From Selaginella moellendorffii (taxonomy: Eukaryota > Plantae > Lycopodiophyta), in contig NW_003314299.1 in assembly GCF_000143415.4 (NCBI RefSeq), positions 976,063-1,040,062 on the forward strand: DNA of 64,000 nucleotides, read 5' to 3'. Of this stretch, positions 35,211 through 49,400 are shown piece after piece; within the stretch, counting starts at the first letter, position 1, and the number at the start of each line of letters is the position of its first letter. A model generated the notes under the pieces. The model did no database searches. It saw only the letters and a program-made list of their open reading frames with translations, and was not told the DNA's origin. A program made the position numbers and the translations under genes.

Positions 35211-37695
35211 AGTAGCATATGGATTCACGTATTTTGAACAACTGTTAAAGTCATATTAGGATTTCTGATCTCCTCTTCATTAAAGTGTACCCAATATGCT
35301 TTTAGTTCACTCTCTTTTAAGATTTTCTTTAGTTTGGTTGAGCAATGATTTAGTTTGTTTTGAAGGGAAGTTAAAATTGCAAATATCATGAGCAAGTGCT
35401 TGGTAATCTCATTCTAGATCTTGTAAATACTTCTTTTCAAACTACTTTCCGCCCATTAAATTGTGAGGGAAATATTGTATATTTATTACCTTATTTGATA
35501 TAGACAATGACAATTTTATGTATAGGGACTATTCCCTCTAAAGCTTTATAGGTAAAATCAATTATTAGTCTATATTTATATATTTTGAGGTCTATTAGCA
35601 TTGCTATTATGGCAAGTTTGGTTATTATGCCTTGTTTATGGAATGAATGGTACATGGTTTTGGTATGTAATGTATTCTTCTTGTAAATTAACCTATCAGT
35701 CACTCTTAGAAACAAACACCTAACTTCCCAATCAATTTTGAAATGGGGATGGTTTTCCTTTAGAGGCCAAATATCTAGGATATTTCTTATATGAAAATCC
35801 TAGAAATTTCTCGAGTAACAAATGTTATTTTTCATAATGTATTTGTTTTGCTCAAATATGGTTCATCTTAAAAGATTTTTACTCCACAAAATTTTGTTAC
35901 TTATTAATTCAAATTTGGGATTGATTCAACATCTATTAGCCCAATTATCAACAAGCATATTTCTACCATGGGTATCCAAGCTTTATTGTGGACCGTTAAA
36001 GTTTCTATAATAACTTTTTTGCCTAAAATTGCATAAAATTGTGGCAATTGTTTAGTAGGCAGAATTTTATAAATCTTTTGCAGGTTTTAATATTCAAGAT
36101 TTGCGTTTAGCTTGGATAAGTAGACTATCTCTCTATCTAGGAAAAATCCTGATACTATTTTCTTTTTGTAAAGGTAACTCCACAGATATAAATTTCATTT
36201 CTATTGTGTATATACAAAATAATCTAAATGTATTATCACACTTTCTTTGACAATAGTAATGGTACCAAGAGTTAGATTTCCATATACTTTAATATTTCTA
36301 AACTTGTTTTAGTTCTTTAGAGATTAAAGTGATGGTAGTAGTGTCTCCAAGACTAATGTCTACATCTAGCAACAAGCTCTACAGTTTTCTATTCCATGTT
36401 TAAATAAATAAAAAATGAGTTTTGATCAATTCATCTAAATGTACCAAGCGTAGAACAGTTTAAACGGTTAGAGTGGTTTGTGATAACTGTTTTTGAATTT
36501 TCAAATTGTGAGTTTTGTTTAAGTCTTATAAGCTCTTGTAGTATGTGTAGGAGAGTTAAACTCGAGACAAGTCTACTCTCAAACTGTGTCTAAGTAGTAG
36601 TCCAAAATAAAGGACTTTAGGTCAAAGCTTTGAGACAGCACAATATTCTAATTATGATTCTACCTTTGTTAAAGCTTTGTAAGATTTGAGTGAAGAATTC
36701 CCTAATTTGTTCTTCACTAAGGTTAGCTTTAGCTCTCTTTAAGTTAGAGTAAAAAACAAGAGTTATAAATACTTAATTTTCCTATTTGTGTATGCTTAGA
36801 AAAATTGTGATACACTGTTGAAAAATGTATCCTTTAAAAACTCAAATGGAAACTTCCTTAGAAGGAAAGAATTCTAGAGTAATTGATTGTGTTTTCCATA
36901 TCAAATAAACCCCATTCCTTTTTCTTTTGGATTTTTCTTAAGAAATTGCTAGCAAAGTAATTTAAACTTGAGCTTCTTAGCAATGTATGCCGTATTTCAT
37001 TTCAAATTCATCCCATGCTCTAGACGGTTGAAAATTATTTTTTTTGCGTTATCTGGGCATTAAACCATTACAATCGCAAAAAAAGCTTCTTTGTTCAGTG
37101 TTGTCTGGGCTTAAATCCTCTACAATCACTAAAGAAATTTACTTATGATTCCTGATGTTGGGCACGTTTGGAATTCATAAGCAATTTTCTCCCAGTTATT
37201 TTTCAAACCAAAGAGTGATAATTTATCCCACTATACTTGCCAAAAGTGAATAAGGCTTTTTTTGCCCGCACTCGTGTTCTCGCCACTACCTACAAAATAA
37301 TGGTAAACAAACAGAGACAAGAATGTAAAAGAAGATGAGAAGAAGAGAAGATAAAAAAAGAATAGAATATAATTCAGCCTCAAACCCTAAAGGCGTGAGT
37401 AAAGACAAGCATATATCATTCTCTTAACTCTACTTTGCACTAACAGTCATATGTGGGAAAAAAAATGGTTAATTCAATGCAAATGCACACAATAGTGAAT
37501 GGATGTTACTTTCTAATACGTCTAAGTGCTATTTATAAACTATATAATTTTATAACCATTCCTAACTGCTTCTCGCTTAAGTTGGGTTTTTCTTCTTTGG
37601 ATGCTTAAACTTAGGCATAACTCCATTTCGTCTAAGCTTCCTTCTTTTGCTCTACTTAGGAAGATATACAAGATAAAACATTTACCTCTTCATCA

Positions 37696-37969
37696 TGTTA
37701 TTAATCGATGGTGAATGAGAAAATTGACATATCTGAAAGGTGGTTTCCCTTGGTTCAATAGGGGTTGAAAAGGTTGTTAATTGATGGTTAATGAAGGCAT
37801 TAACATCTCTAAAAGGTAATTCCCCTTGGTTTAATAGGGGTTGTTAATTGATGGTCAATAAAGACATTTGAAAGGGGATATAGGGAAAAAATAGTTATTA
37901 AGGGCTTTCTTTTCTAACAATTACCCCTTTTTTAATTAGCTTAAGAGGATAGAAATAAAATGTGTTACA
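37696..37969 (+). mobile_element. old degenerate TRIM, 3' half
   Basis: AT-shifted match to the TRIM internal/PPT region and LTR, ending ..ataaaatgtgttaca. Confidence 0.6.
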
Positions 37970-40900
37970 AAATTGTACTATAATATTGTAGGAAGTAATT
38001 AATTTTATAATATTTTATTTATATGTATGTAATGGGATTTTGTAACTATATATACTCTGGCTTCTAGGATTTAATAGTTTTCTCTAAGGAAATACATGCT
38101 TATAGTTACCTTATCAATTTTTCTTTAGATCATGTTAAAATGGAATATAATATTTGTTATTTTGATACTATTCTAATTTAGTTCTCAATTTGATAATTTT
38201 GTTGATTGGGTAGCATATACTACACAATTGCTAGTAAAATACTAAGGTAAGCCTCAACTGGCTATGAGATCTGAGGCCTAGAATTCTCTCAATTACTTGG
38301 TTTTAGTAAAAATTGGATTGATGTATTAGCCACCAATGTGAGACAACACAACTTGTATTGTTATTAAATGATGCAAGACAGAATTGTAACATATATAACA
38401 TACATGGTTTAGGGTTTTATCACTCATGCTAAGGAGCTCTTGATTCCTGAGGGTATTTGTGCATTGCAAATTAAACTTGGAGTTTTCAATAAGATTCCAT
38501 CACAAAGATGATTGTTTCCCATTTTGGGTAAGCTATTTATTTTCCTAGATAGTTTTCTATGGAGGAAGAAGATGATATATTTTCTCTTATCTTTTTAAAT
38601 AAAGATTAGTCATTTCAACTTAAGTTTTAAGTATTTTCAGAGATTGGAGAATGAGTCTTGGCAATGTGTGTTTTGCTAGAGTTCCACTATCTCAAATCAT
38701 CATCTAATGAAAAACAATTACCCATGCTCTAGGATGCGAGCATTTATAATGTGTTACATTGCACTAGATAAGAGACTAGAGGAAGCTTAAAAAAAAGGAA
38801 GGATTGATGGCATAGCCATTTTGGTTGTGATGTTTTGTCCATTGATTAAGTTTGTATTGATTATTTTTAAGATTATTATTGTAATTAAAATTATCACTTT
38901 AACTTTAGCACTATCTAAATGTGCTTTCTTGATTTCTTGTGAATAAACATTGGTATTCTTTTGACCATTTAAGAAAATTGAGAAAACAATTACTTTATTT
39001 TTACTTTTTATAAAGTGTACAATCTTTAATAAATGAAGTCTTTGTGTTGATGGTGAAAGGCTTTGCCAACCACCTAGCATTTGCTCTAAGAAGAAGAAGT
39101 GTCATAAATTCAAAGGCTGAACCTTCAAGTTTCTTAGGATATTTAAAAAATATTGTTATTCTCTCAGACTCTATTGGAAAGACAAGATGTGCTCTTTAGT
39201 TGTATGAGGATTGCACTGAATTTCCCACTCTTACTTTTGTGGAATTTCAAAGGATAGACACACTTAACTCCTCAAAGTCCTATTGCTGCCTCTTGCTTCA
39301 GGTGGTTGTAACATGGTTCCTACCTTCTTACTGGTGATTTAGCCCATTCCGCTCTGTTCAGGGTTTAGGGTTTACAGTCAAATCAAGAAAAGATTAGATC
39401 AAATGAAATGGGAAACTTGCCAAATACATGATGTATGGATGCACTATTTGTTACCTAGAGAATGAAGGAGGCTTTTATTTAGGAAAAGCATGCTAAGCTG
39501 AGACAATAACAATCTTGACTCAAAACATTGGCAAATCTAGAGAGCTAAAAGTTCAAAGCCTTTGTAATTTAACACTTCTATTCAGCATTGTAATTAATAA
39601 AATATTCAGCAACTTTGATAAAAAAAACTCTAATAAAAGTTCAATTCATCGACTCTTGAAGCTGAAGTTATGTTGGACAATCCAGTTTAACAAAATCACT
39701 CAATAATCATATAGCTCCAATTCTGCAATAACACCTACACTGCTTTTCTCGTTAACAATAATAACTCCTAAGTAAAGTTCTCTACACCCTCTTTAAGAAG
39801 TGAAAGTAAAGACATGGCCATGTCACTTGAGTAAAAGGGCATCACTTATATAACAAATATGAGAAAGCTTTCCAACCTAAAGATCTCTCTTTGTAAAAGC
39901 AAACACAAATATTCTATGACTACTTTAGATTTTATGTTACACAGATCTATAAGAAACTTAGCAAGGGCACTCTTCCTTTCACCTCTAGCTGCTTGGGCTA
40001 CACATCAAGCTTCATGTCATGATGTCCACTACCAAATCCAAATGAAACCACAGTCTCAATAACCTTGATGGTGATTGAGAAACTTCAAAAATTTCACTCT
40101 CAACTTTGTCATCAGCACCACTCTCATTTGAAGTTTTGTCATGAATCAATTCATTTGCCTAGAAAACTCCATTAGCACTAACAACAAGATTTTTGATCTG
40201 CCCATATTCCTACAGCAAAGCCATAACATAGAGCAGACACTTATCACATTTGTGCCTTCCTTTGCTCTGTCCAATAACAAACAAAAATGTGTTATAATCC
40301 CATTGGTAGAAAAAACATCATCCTGATTTTCCTAGGTACCATGGAAACCGAGGCTGCCTTGGACCTATGATCTAATAGTTGCAAAATGCTAGGCAATCAA
40401 GTTTACTATTATAGATTCTTATTCCTAAATTTCACCCATATAAATATACTTTACTCCATTATTTAACATGGTATAACCCAAGTCAAATAAAGAACAAAGA
40501 TAAACTGGTTTCCCACCATCCTTACTATACCTAAATTCAAAGAGTACAATAAATTTCTAGCTTGTGCAACGGGTTTGGAGTTTGGCTCCAAATTCAGGTG
40601 CACTACATTTGATATCAAAAATACAAACACCTATCTATATGCTCATTAAGTTGCTTCATGACCAAGCCATCCTAGCCAACAATAGATTATTATAGCTCAC
40701 TAGTTGTTTTGGTTAGGCAGGTGACATCTATTCATTGCATTAGGTGTTAGTGGTTAGGACAATGGTTACAAAAACAGTTTTAATATTTTCTCTTGATGAC
40801 TCAGCATGGCTCAGACCTATGTTAATCTCATAAGACTTTAATCTACTTGCTTGTTGTGAAACTTCTTGCTTCATATTAAGATTTTTGTCAAGGTAATAAC

Positions 40901-41039
40901 ATTGGTTGACCAATCACTCCCACCACCTTCTATTCACAACAACCAAGAAAACAACATTTGACATACTTAATCCCTCAATCTTGTTCATCTCATGCATGCT
41001 TAACCTACTTGAAGGAGAGAGAGAGAGAGAGAGATTGGA

Positions 41040-42020
41040 TCGTGGGCTGAGATCATCGCATTCCACGCCACAAGATCCTTGTCCGGCATCTCATTGAAGA
41101 CGAGGCATGCATGATCAATCTGCCCGCTCTGTGCCTGTGCCGTGATCATTGACATCCACAAGATCACGTCCCTGGCCGCCATTACCCAGAAGAAGCACTC
41201 TGCACGGTCGAATCGCCTGTTGCGCACACACGCTGCCATGATCGCATTCCAGTCACGTCCCTCTGCGCCATTGCCACGAAGATCGCCGTCGCCACGCCCA
41301 GATCGCTGGCCTTGCTGTACATGTCCAGGAGCACGGTGGCCAGCACAGGATTGTCTAGCGATGATCCCTCAAGAGCGCTGTGATGGATCAGCTTACCAGT
41401 AGCAAGATCGCCGCTGATAGCGTAGGCACTAAGGATCCCCACGAATGTGATCCCGTCCGGCCTCGCACCCTTGAGATCCATGCGCTTGAAGAGATCGATG
41501 TAATTACGCATTTGCCCGTGCCGGGCATTTGCTGCAATCAAAGCGTTCCAAGACGCCACATCATTCTCAGGAGAATAGAGGAACTGATCTTCCTCTAAAA
41601 GAATTATATCCTTCTTTTCGCATGCGATGATCAAAATAGTGTATGACACGACGCTTTCTTGAGGGATCCTCGCAAGAACAGATCTACCATACAGCAAATC
41701 CCCGCCTTGGGCAGTTGCTGTGAGGAGGATGTCGCGGAGGCCGTGCGTCCGGTTTCCCCGTAAGCCTGGAGCATCGCATTCCAGGATACGATCGTCCAGT
41801 AGGGGATCTTCGCGAAGCACTGCTCCACGATCGCACTGGCGCCCCAGCGCATAGGACGTGATGAGCGCGTTCCAGGCCACAGCGTTGCGCTGCTCCATCT
41901 CATCGAAGAGCACCCTCGAATCGCCGAGGCTCTGAGCCTGCGCACACGCCGCCAGGAGGATCGTCCATGAGAAGATGTTCGTGGAGGGCATCCAGGCGAA
42001 GATCTCCTCGGCAGTGGCGA
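41040..42020 (-). pseudogene. PLS-class PPR gene fragment
   Basis: NIFSWTILLAACAQ, DVASWNALIAANARHGQ..PDGITFVGILSA, LATVLLDMYSK; frameshifts. Confidence 0.85.
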
Positions 42021-42329
42021 GTCTCGGTGAAAGCCTGCGCGATCGAGTTCCATGGAGTGTTCGTGTATGCCGGGAGGACCGAGTTCTTCAACGAGGAGTC
42101 CCCCGAGGCAATGCGGAGATTGATCGGTGCGCTCTCGCTCGCTACAAAGGCTTTAGGGAGTTATAGCTTATCTTAGTAGTGTTCTTGGTCTTGCGGTGGA
42201 GAAGATCACGAGCAAGGATAGCGGACGCGGGAGCTGGATCGATCACCATAACTTCTTCTGGCTCTTGGCGGCGCTCGTCGCCATTGATCTTGGCTTGTTT
42301 CTTGTGTGTGTCCACTGCTCTAGCAATTG

Positions 42330-42970
42330 ATGCGGGAACCATTGTAGCGAACTTCCTCGCGCTCGCTGTGATCGCCGCCGCTAGGATCATCCAGCTACCC
42401 GAAGAATCCCGAGAGAAGCGGCCGCTGATTGGGATTCTCAGGAGCTACATCAACAGGCTGGAGCCCGGCGATCCCAGGCGCTCCAGCATATCTTACATCG
42501 CTGCCTCGTATGTGAAATTCGTCGGGGCCGGGGGTGCTCGCGCCGTTCCTTTGCTTTACAACGAGCCTTGGGAGACGCTAGCTGGAACTTCTAGCCGTGA
42601 TCGTCAGTAGCAACCATTCCATCCTCGACTGTTACAACGCACACAAAGCTGCTGGAGCGCTAAACTTCGCGGGCGACTGGGCCAAAGAGCGCAGCATGTT
42701 TACCTGGTAACGAGTCAGTTCTTTGTATGTGCTTGTGAAATGTTCTTGGTCCAGGTTTCCTAAGGACATTCTGGATAAGGTGGAGCACGAGAAGCTTGCA
42801 ATGCAGAATCACATTGTAAGGTTCTCAGCACTTACTTTGTGTTTTCTTCTTCTCATTTCTTTGGCTTGAATTGCAGAAAGGTCTATCTCCACAGACTTGG
42901 AGAAACACACAGAGCCTTAGAGATTTCTTTGACGTGCTAACTACAACTCTTGACCTGAATGGGAAGGTAA
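42330..42970 (+). pseudogene. GGH: gamma-glutamyl hydrolase, internally deleted copy
   Basis: EKRPLIGIL..SYIAASYVKFVGAGGARAVPLLYNEP, followed by downstream exons matching the inverse of 1960-2340. The catalytic middle exon(s) are not evident. Confidence 0.8.
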
Positions 42971-43039
42971 CTCTCAGTGCCAAATCTCTTGAGCCATCTT
43001 TGATAATACAACTACTATTATTTTAGCTGAGGTCTGTAA

Positions 43040-43113
43040 TCCGTCGCCGTCAAGTCCGGTCAGGATGCATGGCTTTCACCGAGGCGACCCTGGTTCAAAT
43101 CCCAGCAACGGAA
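43040..43113 (+). tRNA. tRNA-Glu(TTC) pseudogene (paralog of 1355-1427)
   Basis: TCCGTCG..TGG-CTTTCAC-CGAGG..GGTTCAAATCCCAGCAACGGA with mismatched stems; lies inside the inverted duplication. Confidence 0.65.
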
Positions 43114-43749
43114 TTGTATTTGATCCTCCCCACCTCAAAAAAAGGATGTGCACACTTTTCACAAGGGCAGAATACCCCACTGAATAATCTCAACTGGCTG
43201 CCCACTTGCAGGCAGGGATGATATTGCAAGTTGTAAGTAATCTGCCCTGGTGGCAGGCGAGTACGATGCTGAGAGGTGTTATTAGAAGTGATGATTGTGG
43301 TATACGGGAAAAAGCTTTCACCTGATGCTTTTCCAGAGCTACAGCTCTCGATGTGGAACCCATAGCTTTGTGAGTTCGCATCTAATTCTATTGTTAAATT
43401 GATCGCACCTGTCCAATCGAGTTTAGTTCTTGGTAACAATCTTATTGATAAACCCACGTGGCTAACGTGGTCTGTAGAAACCTGTATACTACTTACGTCG
43501 AACAAAACAGTCCTCCAAGTTCAGTACAAGCATGCCTACGGGCTTGCCCTAACCTCTTCATTAAGCCATTTGTTTCTTTCCACTACGAAAGAGAATGCTC
43601 TTCTTTGTGCTGGAAAATAATCGGGAGCTCTGTGAGAATAATCAACCTGTATCATTTTTTACTTTAAACACCTTTATTTAGATGATTAACATAACTAATG
43701 AAAATGCAAAACTAAATTCAAGATAAAACAATAAATATAAACACCTTTA

Positions 43750-44940
43750 CCCACATCTCCTTTGAGAATTACACCAAGCAAGTCTACTATTTCCCGCCAT
43801 CTAGCAGGGATGATCTTGTCGCGAGCTTGAGAGCTTCGCTGTCCAGAGTGCTTGTCCCGTTTTATGTCTTGGCAGGGCGGGTGCGCAGGGCGGAAGATGG
43901 TCACAAGCTGGAGGTGGATTGCAACGATGCTGGCATCTTGTTTGTGGAGGCGAGTGCCCCTGATGCCAGCTTCAGCGATTGGAAAAACATGGCGTTTTGC
44001 TCCATCGAGCAGCATCTCAATCCTTCAGAAGTGGCCATTACGGATCCAGACACTGCTCCGATCTTCAAAGTTCAAGCAGGTTTCTTGATATCGCAGTTAA
44101 TTCCTAAATATTCATGGAATTCCTGAATCTAGGTGACGAAGTTCAAGTGTGGTGGGATAGCATTGGGGATCTTAGTGGCCGAAGTGGTGCTGGATGGATC
44201 CTCATTCTTTGCGTTTGTGAACGCTTGGTCCGAAATCCACCGAGGCCTACCGCTTTTGAGGCCTCCGGTATTTGCCTCTAACATTTTCCAGGCCAGGCAG
44301 CCCCCAGAGATCATTCTGCCAGTCCGCGACTACTACTCCTCTCCGGTCTATAACACTCACTCGGCCAAGTAACATCCGAGTACGCAGTGAAGATGTTTGA
44401 GGGATCCTGACCAAGTCGACGATCTTACCCGAGACGTTCACAGTGGTCCGTACAGCTATGGCCGCCCTCCAACCTCGTTCGGAAAGCCATCACTGAGGCC
44501 AGAGATCCAAGACTCAATCATCACAAGCTATGTCTATGTGATCTCTCTCAAGGGCAAGAACCGCTGGAACCTCCCAGTCCCAGCCTCATACATTGGCAAC
44601 AGCATCCACTCACCATGCCTCACTGCCAAGGCCGGGGACATTAAATCCCGCCATCTCTCCTATGCTGTCAGGCTCTTCCACGAGGATCTATTTGTTACTC
44701 CAGGTAATCGAGGAGGAGGTATTGGTGCGTTTGCCAGCAGCGTTTCTACACACCCACGTATCCTAAGCACCACTCAAGAACACATGCAATCCACCATCGA
44801 CTGGATGGAGATGGAGCTGTGCAGAGGAAGGAAGATCAATCTAAATGGTGATTTTGTGTCAGGGACTAGGATCTACAGCACGAGCTTGCAAGTTTCCCTG
44901 TGTATAGTGTTGATTTTGGATGGGGAAAGGTTGTACTATA
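43750..44940 (+). pseudogene. BAHD acyltransferase pseudogene
   Basis: Close paralog of 57741-59157. It lacks the 5' end, has small frameshifting deletions and a 72-nt insertion, and is truncated after DFGWG. Confidence 0.9.
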
Positions 44941-46450
44941 CTTAAGGTTTGATTACACTCCCCGCAAGCACAAGGAGCCAAGCACACATAAGGAACTGTG
45001 CAAACTTGTGCTATCGATCTTAGTCCCCGACACAAAATCACTATTTAGAATTGGTGTTGGTAATAGATTTATTTGTAAGCTTATTTTACTCTATATATAT
45101 TATTTGTTTTCTTTTAGAGATTTTCTATGCAATGAACCAATCAAATTATACTTCAACTGTCATCTTTGGGGCCAGAGTGAAGTCTTTTGCTCTTGGCCAA
45201 TAGGACACCTGCAAACCATTTTGCTAGAGAAGAACAAAGTGCAACATGTATCTTGGGCAATGAGCTGGGGGAGCAACAGCTGTCACACTCTCATAGGACT
45301 GCTCAAGGGCAATTGGCTGTGAATTATATTGGCCAAAGACACAATTGGCATGATTTTTTATGTTTGTGGTGTTTCTCATGCTCAAGTTTTTGCCTTGTAG
45401 ACTTCTTTAGATCCGTGCCAATTGTCATTTATGGTTGCCACATGAATATGAGATGAATTCTTGGGTATTACCAATAACTCATACTATTCAGCATGAACTG
45501 AACCAAGAACTTCACCTCCCACAGAATTTGCAAAATGTGTGTATTAGTAAGGTTATTGTTTTTTTTTTTTTATCTTTGTGTTAAATTGTGCTATGAGGGT
45601 GGCTTTTCTCTGAGCTGTGGCAACTATGTCACCCATGACAATGTGCATGTCTTGGACATGTCCATTACGTCATTACACAATGCATTCTTAGCTTTCCATT
45701 TTGCAAAATTTTTCACATTCTGTTTCATTGGCATAAGTTTAATTTTCTACAAAAGTAATATTAGAAACTTCATCTTTTTTCAATATTCCTGAGAAAAAAG
45801 GTGTTTTAGATTCTTATACCTTTATCCCTTTCTATATAAATAATCTTACTTTAATACCAAAAAGGTATTTACTCATTTAAGTTTGCATAGAATATTTTGA
45901 ATTTTTATACATTTGTATTCACCTAGTGGGTCCAGGATTTCCCAACCTCCCTTTGCTGTTCATTTTCAGTTTGGGCTAGGTTTAAAAGAGTGTTAGTAGC
46001 TATGGTTTTGAGAAAAATTGTTGTGATGGTTTGGAAATAATAGTATAGCTTAGCTTGCAAGAATAGACAGAAACACTTATGTAGTTTGTTTCTCTATGGT
46101 CTAATTAGTATTTCATTTTGCAATGGCAGTTGTTTGAGATCTAGAAGTTTAGGAGGCTCCCCCAACCCTCAAATTGCATATCTAGACCAACTTTGGTTTC
46201 CATGGTTTTTGGAAAAATCAAGATGATCTTTTGCTTGCCAATGGGTGCATGACTGTTTTTAGGTTGTTGTGGTTGCTCCAAAACACAACAAGCCCATCAT
46301 CCATGGGGAGGATCACAACATTTTTGTTTGTTATTAGGTAAAACACAAATATGACAAATGCCTGCTCTTGTGTATGGGTTTGTGTTTGTGTGATCAATGA
46401 GAGTGAGCAGGAATGTGGCAGTCAGAGATCTTGCAATTTCAGGACATTAA

Positions 46451-49400
46451 TGTCAAGACCCCCCAACAAAATCAAGACTGGAAAATGCAAAAGACAAAGA
46501 GAAAAGCTAGTGGAAACAAAGAAAAGGCCTTAGACTGGCGTTGATTCAGATTGTGGAGAAATGGAACAAGGCTAACCTATATATACTATAGGTTGATGAA
46601 GCTCCACCACTCTTGGATCGAGGACGGCCTAAATATAGCTGATGTCAAGGAGGTGCCACATCAATATCAGGAATGTGGCTCGAGACTCAGGAATTGTACA
46701 GGAAATCAGAGAGTCAGGAATAGGGAAGTGTCTCGAGAGTCAGGAATAGGGAAGTGTCTCGAGAGTCAGGAATAGGGAAGTGTCTCGAGAGTCAGAAATA
46801 GGGAAGTGTCTCGAGAATCAAGAATGTGGTTTGCAGGTCAGGAATCTGGCGAGAGTCAGGAATGTGGCAAGAATTGGGGGATTCCTGACAGCACCCCCTC
46901 CTCAAGAACAAGTGGAACGAGGATGTGAATGAGAACGACGAGGAGGATGAGATGAGCGGCGAGGGATGGGAGATGGAGAAAAAGAATGAGGACTGGGACG
47001 AGAAGGATAGCGATGGTGGAAGTTTTGAACAAGGTTAGAAGAATGAATCAGGTTGTCCGCAGGTTCCCAAGTGCGTTCTTCAGGCCCGTAACCCTTCTAG
47101 TCGACTAGATAGTAGAGTTTAGACTGTGAAATCTTGGAATCAAGGATGTCCTAAACCTTGTACTCAGACCCATCTTTGAACTGCACTGGTGGAGGTGGAG
47201 GAATGACCCGATTGGGAATAGGACTGAGAATATAAAGCTCAAGGAGAGAGGAATGAAAAACGGGGTGAATTTGATATGAGGAGGGAAGTGCAAAGCAATA
47301 AGTGATAGGATTAATGATGGCAGTGATAGGGAAAGGACCGAGGCGTTTGAAATCAAGTTTTGGACAGAGCCTGATGGTGGAGATATTTCACCTAAGGAGC
47401 CAAACTTTATCCCCGATATTGTAAGGGGGACAATCCTGACGATGGACATTGGCAAATGTTTTGTGAGATTCCTGAGCACAATGGAGGTGGAAGGAGATGG
47501 AGTTGTGGATTTCTTGGAAGTTGGAGACAAATGACTCAGAGCGGGGATTTGAATAAGAGGATTCGGATGGAGAAGGAAGTGAGAGATTGAATTGGGGATT
47601 TCGACCAGAGTTTGCAAAGAAGGGGGATATTTGAAGAGAGGAGTGAACAGAGTTGTTATAGGAGAACTCAGCAAGGGGAAGGATATTGAACCAGTTATCC
47701 TGATGATAGTTGATGAAGCACCTCAAGAATTGTTCCAACATCTGAATCATTCGCTCGGACTGCCCATCAGTTTGAAGATGATATGCCGAAGAGAGGTTGG
47801 CCTTCACTCCAAGCAGCTGCAAAAACCGTTGCCAGAAATGAGAGATGAACTGAGGCCCCCGATCCGAAACCACATCTGTAGGAATCCCATGAAGTCGAAA
47901 AATTTCCCTAAATACCAGTTTTGCCATCTCCTCACCCGAAAACTCCTTGGTACATGGCAAGAAGTGCGCCATCTTTGTGAAGTGATCCACCACAACTAAA
48001 ATGTTGTTGAAGCCTCCAGAACTCGGAAGATCACTCAAGAAATCCATGGAGATGGATTCCCAAGGACCTGAAGGGATCGGAAGGGAACAAAGCAAACCTA
48101 AAGGAAGGTGGCGAGGTACCTTATTCCGGACGCAAGTGTCACAGGAGGTAACAAAAGCTTTGATGTAGTCGTTCATGTGAAGCCACCAAAAGTCCCATGC
48201 AACTAGCTCATAGGTTTTCACAATGCCGAAGTGACCAGCAGTCAGGCTATCGTGGCACACCATCAGGACCAACCTTCGAGCATCACCTTCAGGAACATAA
48301 AGCTGCTCCCCATGGTATAATAAGCCATCTAAGAACTCGAACTCGTCAAATCGCCGGCAGTCGGGAGTCACAAGGTGTCCAGCCTGAAGATGGGGGAAAA
48401 TGTCGCTGGCGAGATCATCGGATTGAAGATCGTTTTTGATTGCATCCATCAAGGAGGAGTCCTGAGGGGCCAGGGAAATTGCCATAACTTGAAGCCGATT
48501 AAGACCAAGGATAACTTGATCCTGTTGATCGAAGGCAGGATTACCAGGCTTGAGACTGAGATAAGAGCGCCTTGAAAGAGCATCAGGAAGGCCTTGAAAC
48601 TTTCCAGGTCTGTACTTAATAACAAAGTCAAACCGACTTAGGAATTGTGCCCACCTTGCTTGACGACGGCTTAAAACTTGGGAAGTGGCAAAGTACTCAA
48701 GATTTTTGTGATCTGTCCAGACTGTTGTTTGATGGCCTGCCCCCTCCAAAAAACGGCGCCACTCTCCAAAGGAATCCACAATGGCAAGGAGCTCCTTGTC
48801 GTGGATTTCATAATTAATCTCCGCAGGCTGGAATTTCCGAGAATGGAAAGCGACCGGATGAAGTTCTTGATCCGCTCCGAGTTGAGACAGCACAGCACCG
48901 ATGGCAAAGTCGGAGGCGTCAGCCTCGATGAAGAAAGGTTGTGAGGAATCAGCATGGGTCAAAACGGGAGCAGAACTGAAGGCTGCCTTGAGTGTGTCGA
49001 AGGCGTGCTAGGCAGCAGCAGACCAAGAGAAGGGAACATCCTTGCGAGTGAGATGCGTGAGAGGAAGGACAATGTCAGAGTAGTGATCAATGAATTTGCG
49101 GTAGAAGTTGGCAAAGCCAAGGAAAACTTGAACATCCGACATTGATTGTGGAGGCTCCCACTTGAGAATAGTCTTGACTTTGGCAGGATCCATCGTGATA
49201 CCCTCAGGAGTGACAATGTACCCAAGGAACTCCACAAACTGCTGATCGAAGGAACATTTCTCAAGCTTCGCGTATAGGCCGTGTTCTCGCAGCTTCGCCA
49301 GCACCTTGCGTACATGTTAGTCGTGCTCCTCCTAAGTTTTTGAGTAGATGAGGATGTCATTGAGGTAGACAATCACCATCTGATCAAGAAACTCCCGAAA

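Larger units (their letters stand above)
7650..37695 (-). mobile_element. degenerate Ty3/gypsy (Athila/Tat-like) LTR retrotransposon hosting nested insertions
   Basis: LTR copies at ~7650-8047 and ~37263-37695 both end ..tacctcttcatca. A PPT (minus GTTGTGGGGGAG) abuts 8047. Gag zinc-knuckle remnant IKCQIYKKEGHITKEC is at ~33600-33650. RT (MPFGLCN..RVFMDYF) is at ~12250-12900 and RNase H/integrase remnants at ~10200-12200. An extra 3' ORF remnant lies at ~9020-9870. Many stops; no TSD found. Confidence 0.75.

Noticed and set aside
40560-40607. Independent small element
   Set aside because: It is only a ~45-bp terminal scrap of the chromovirus LTR family.
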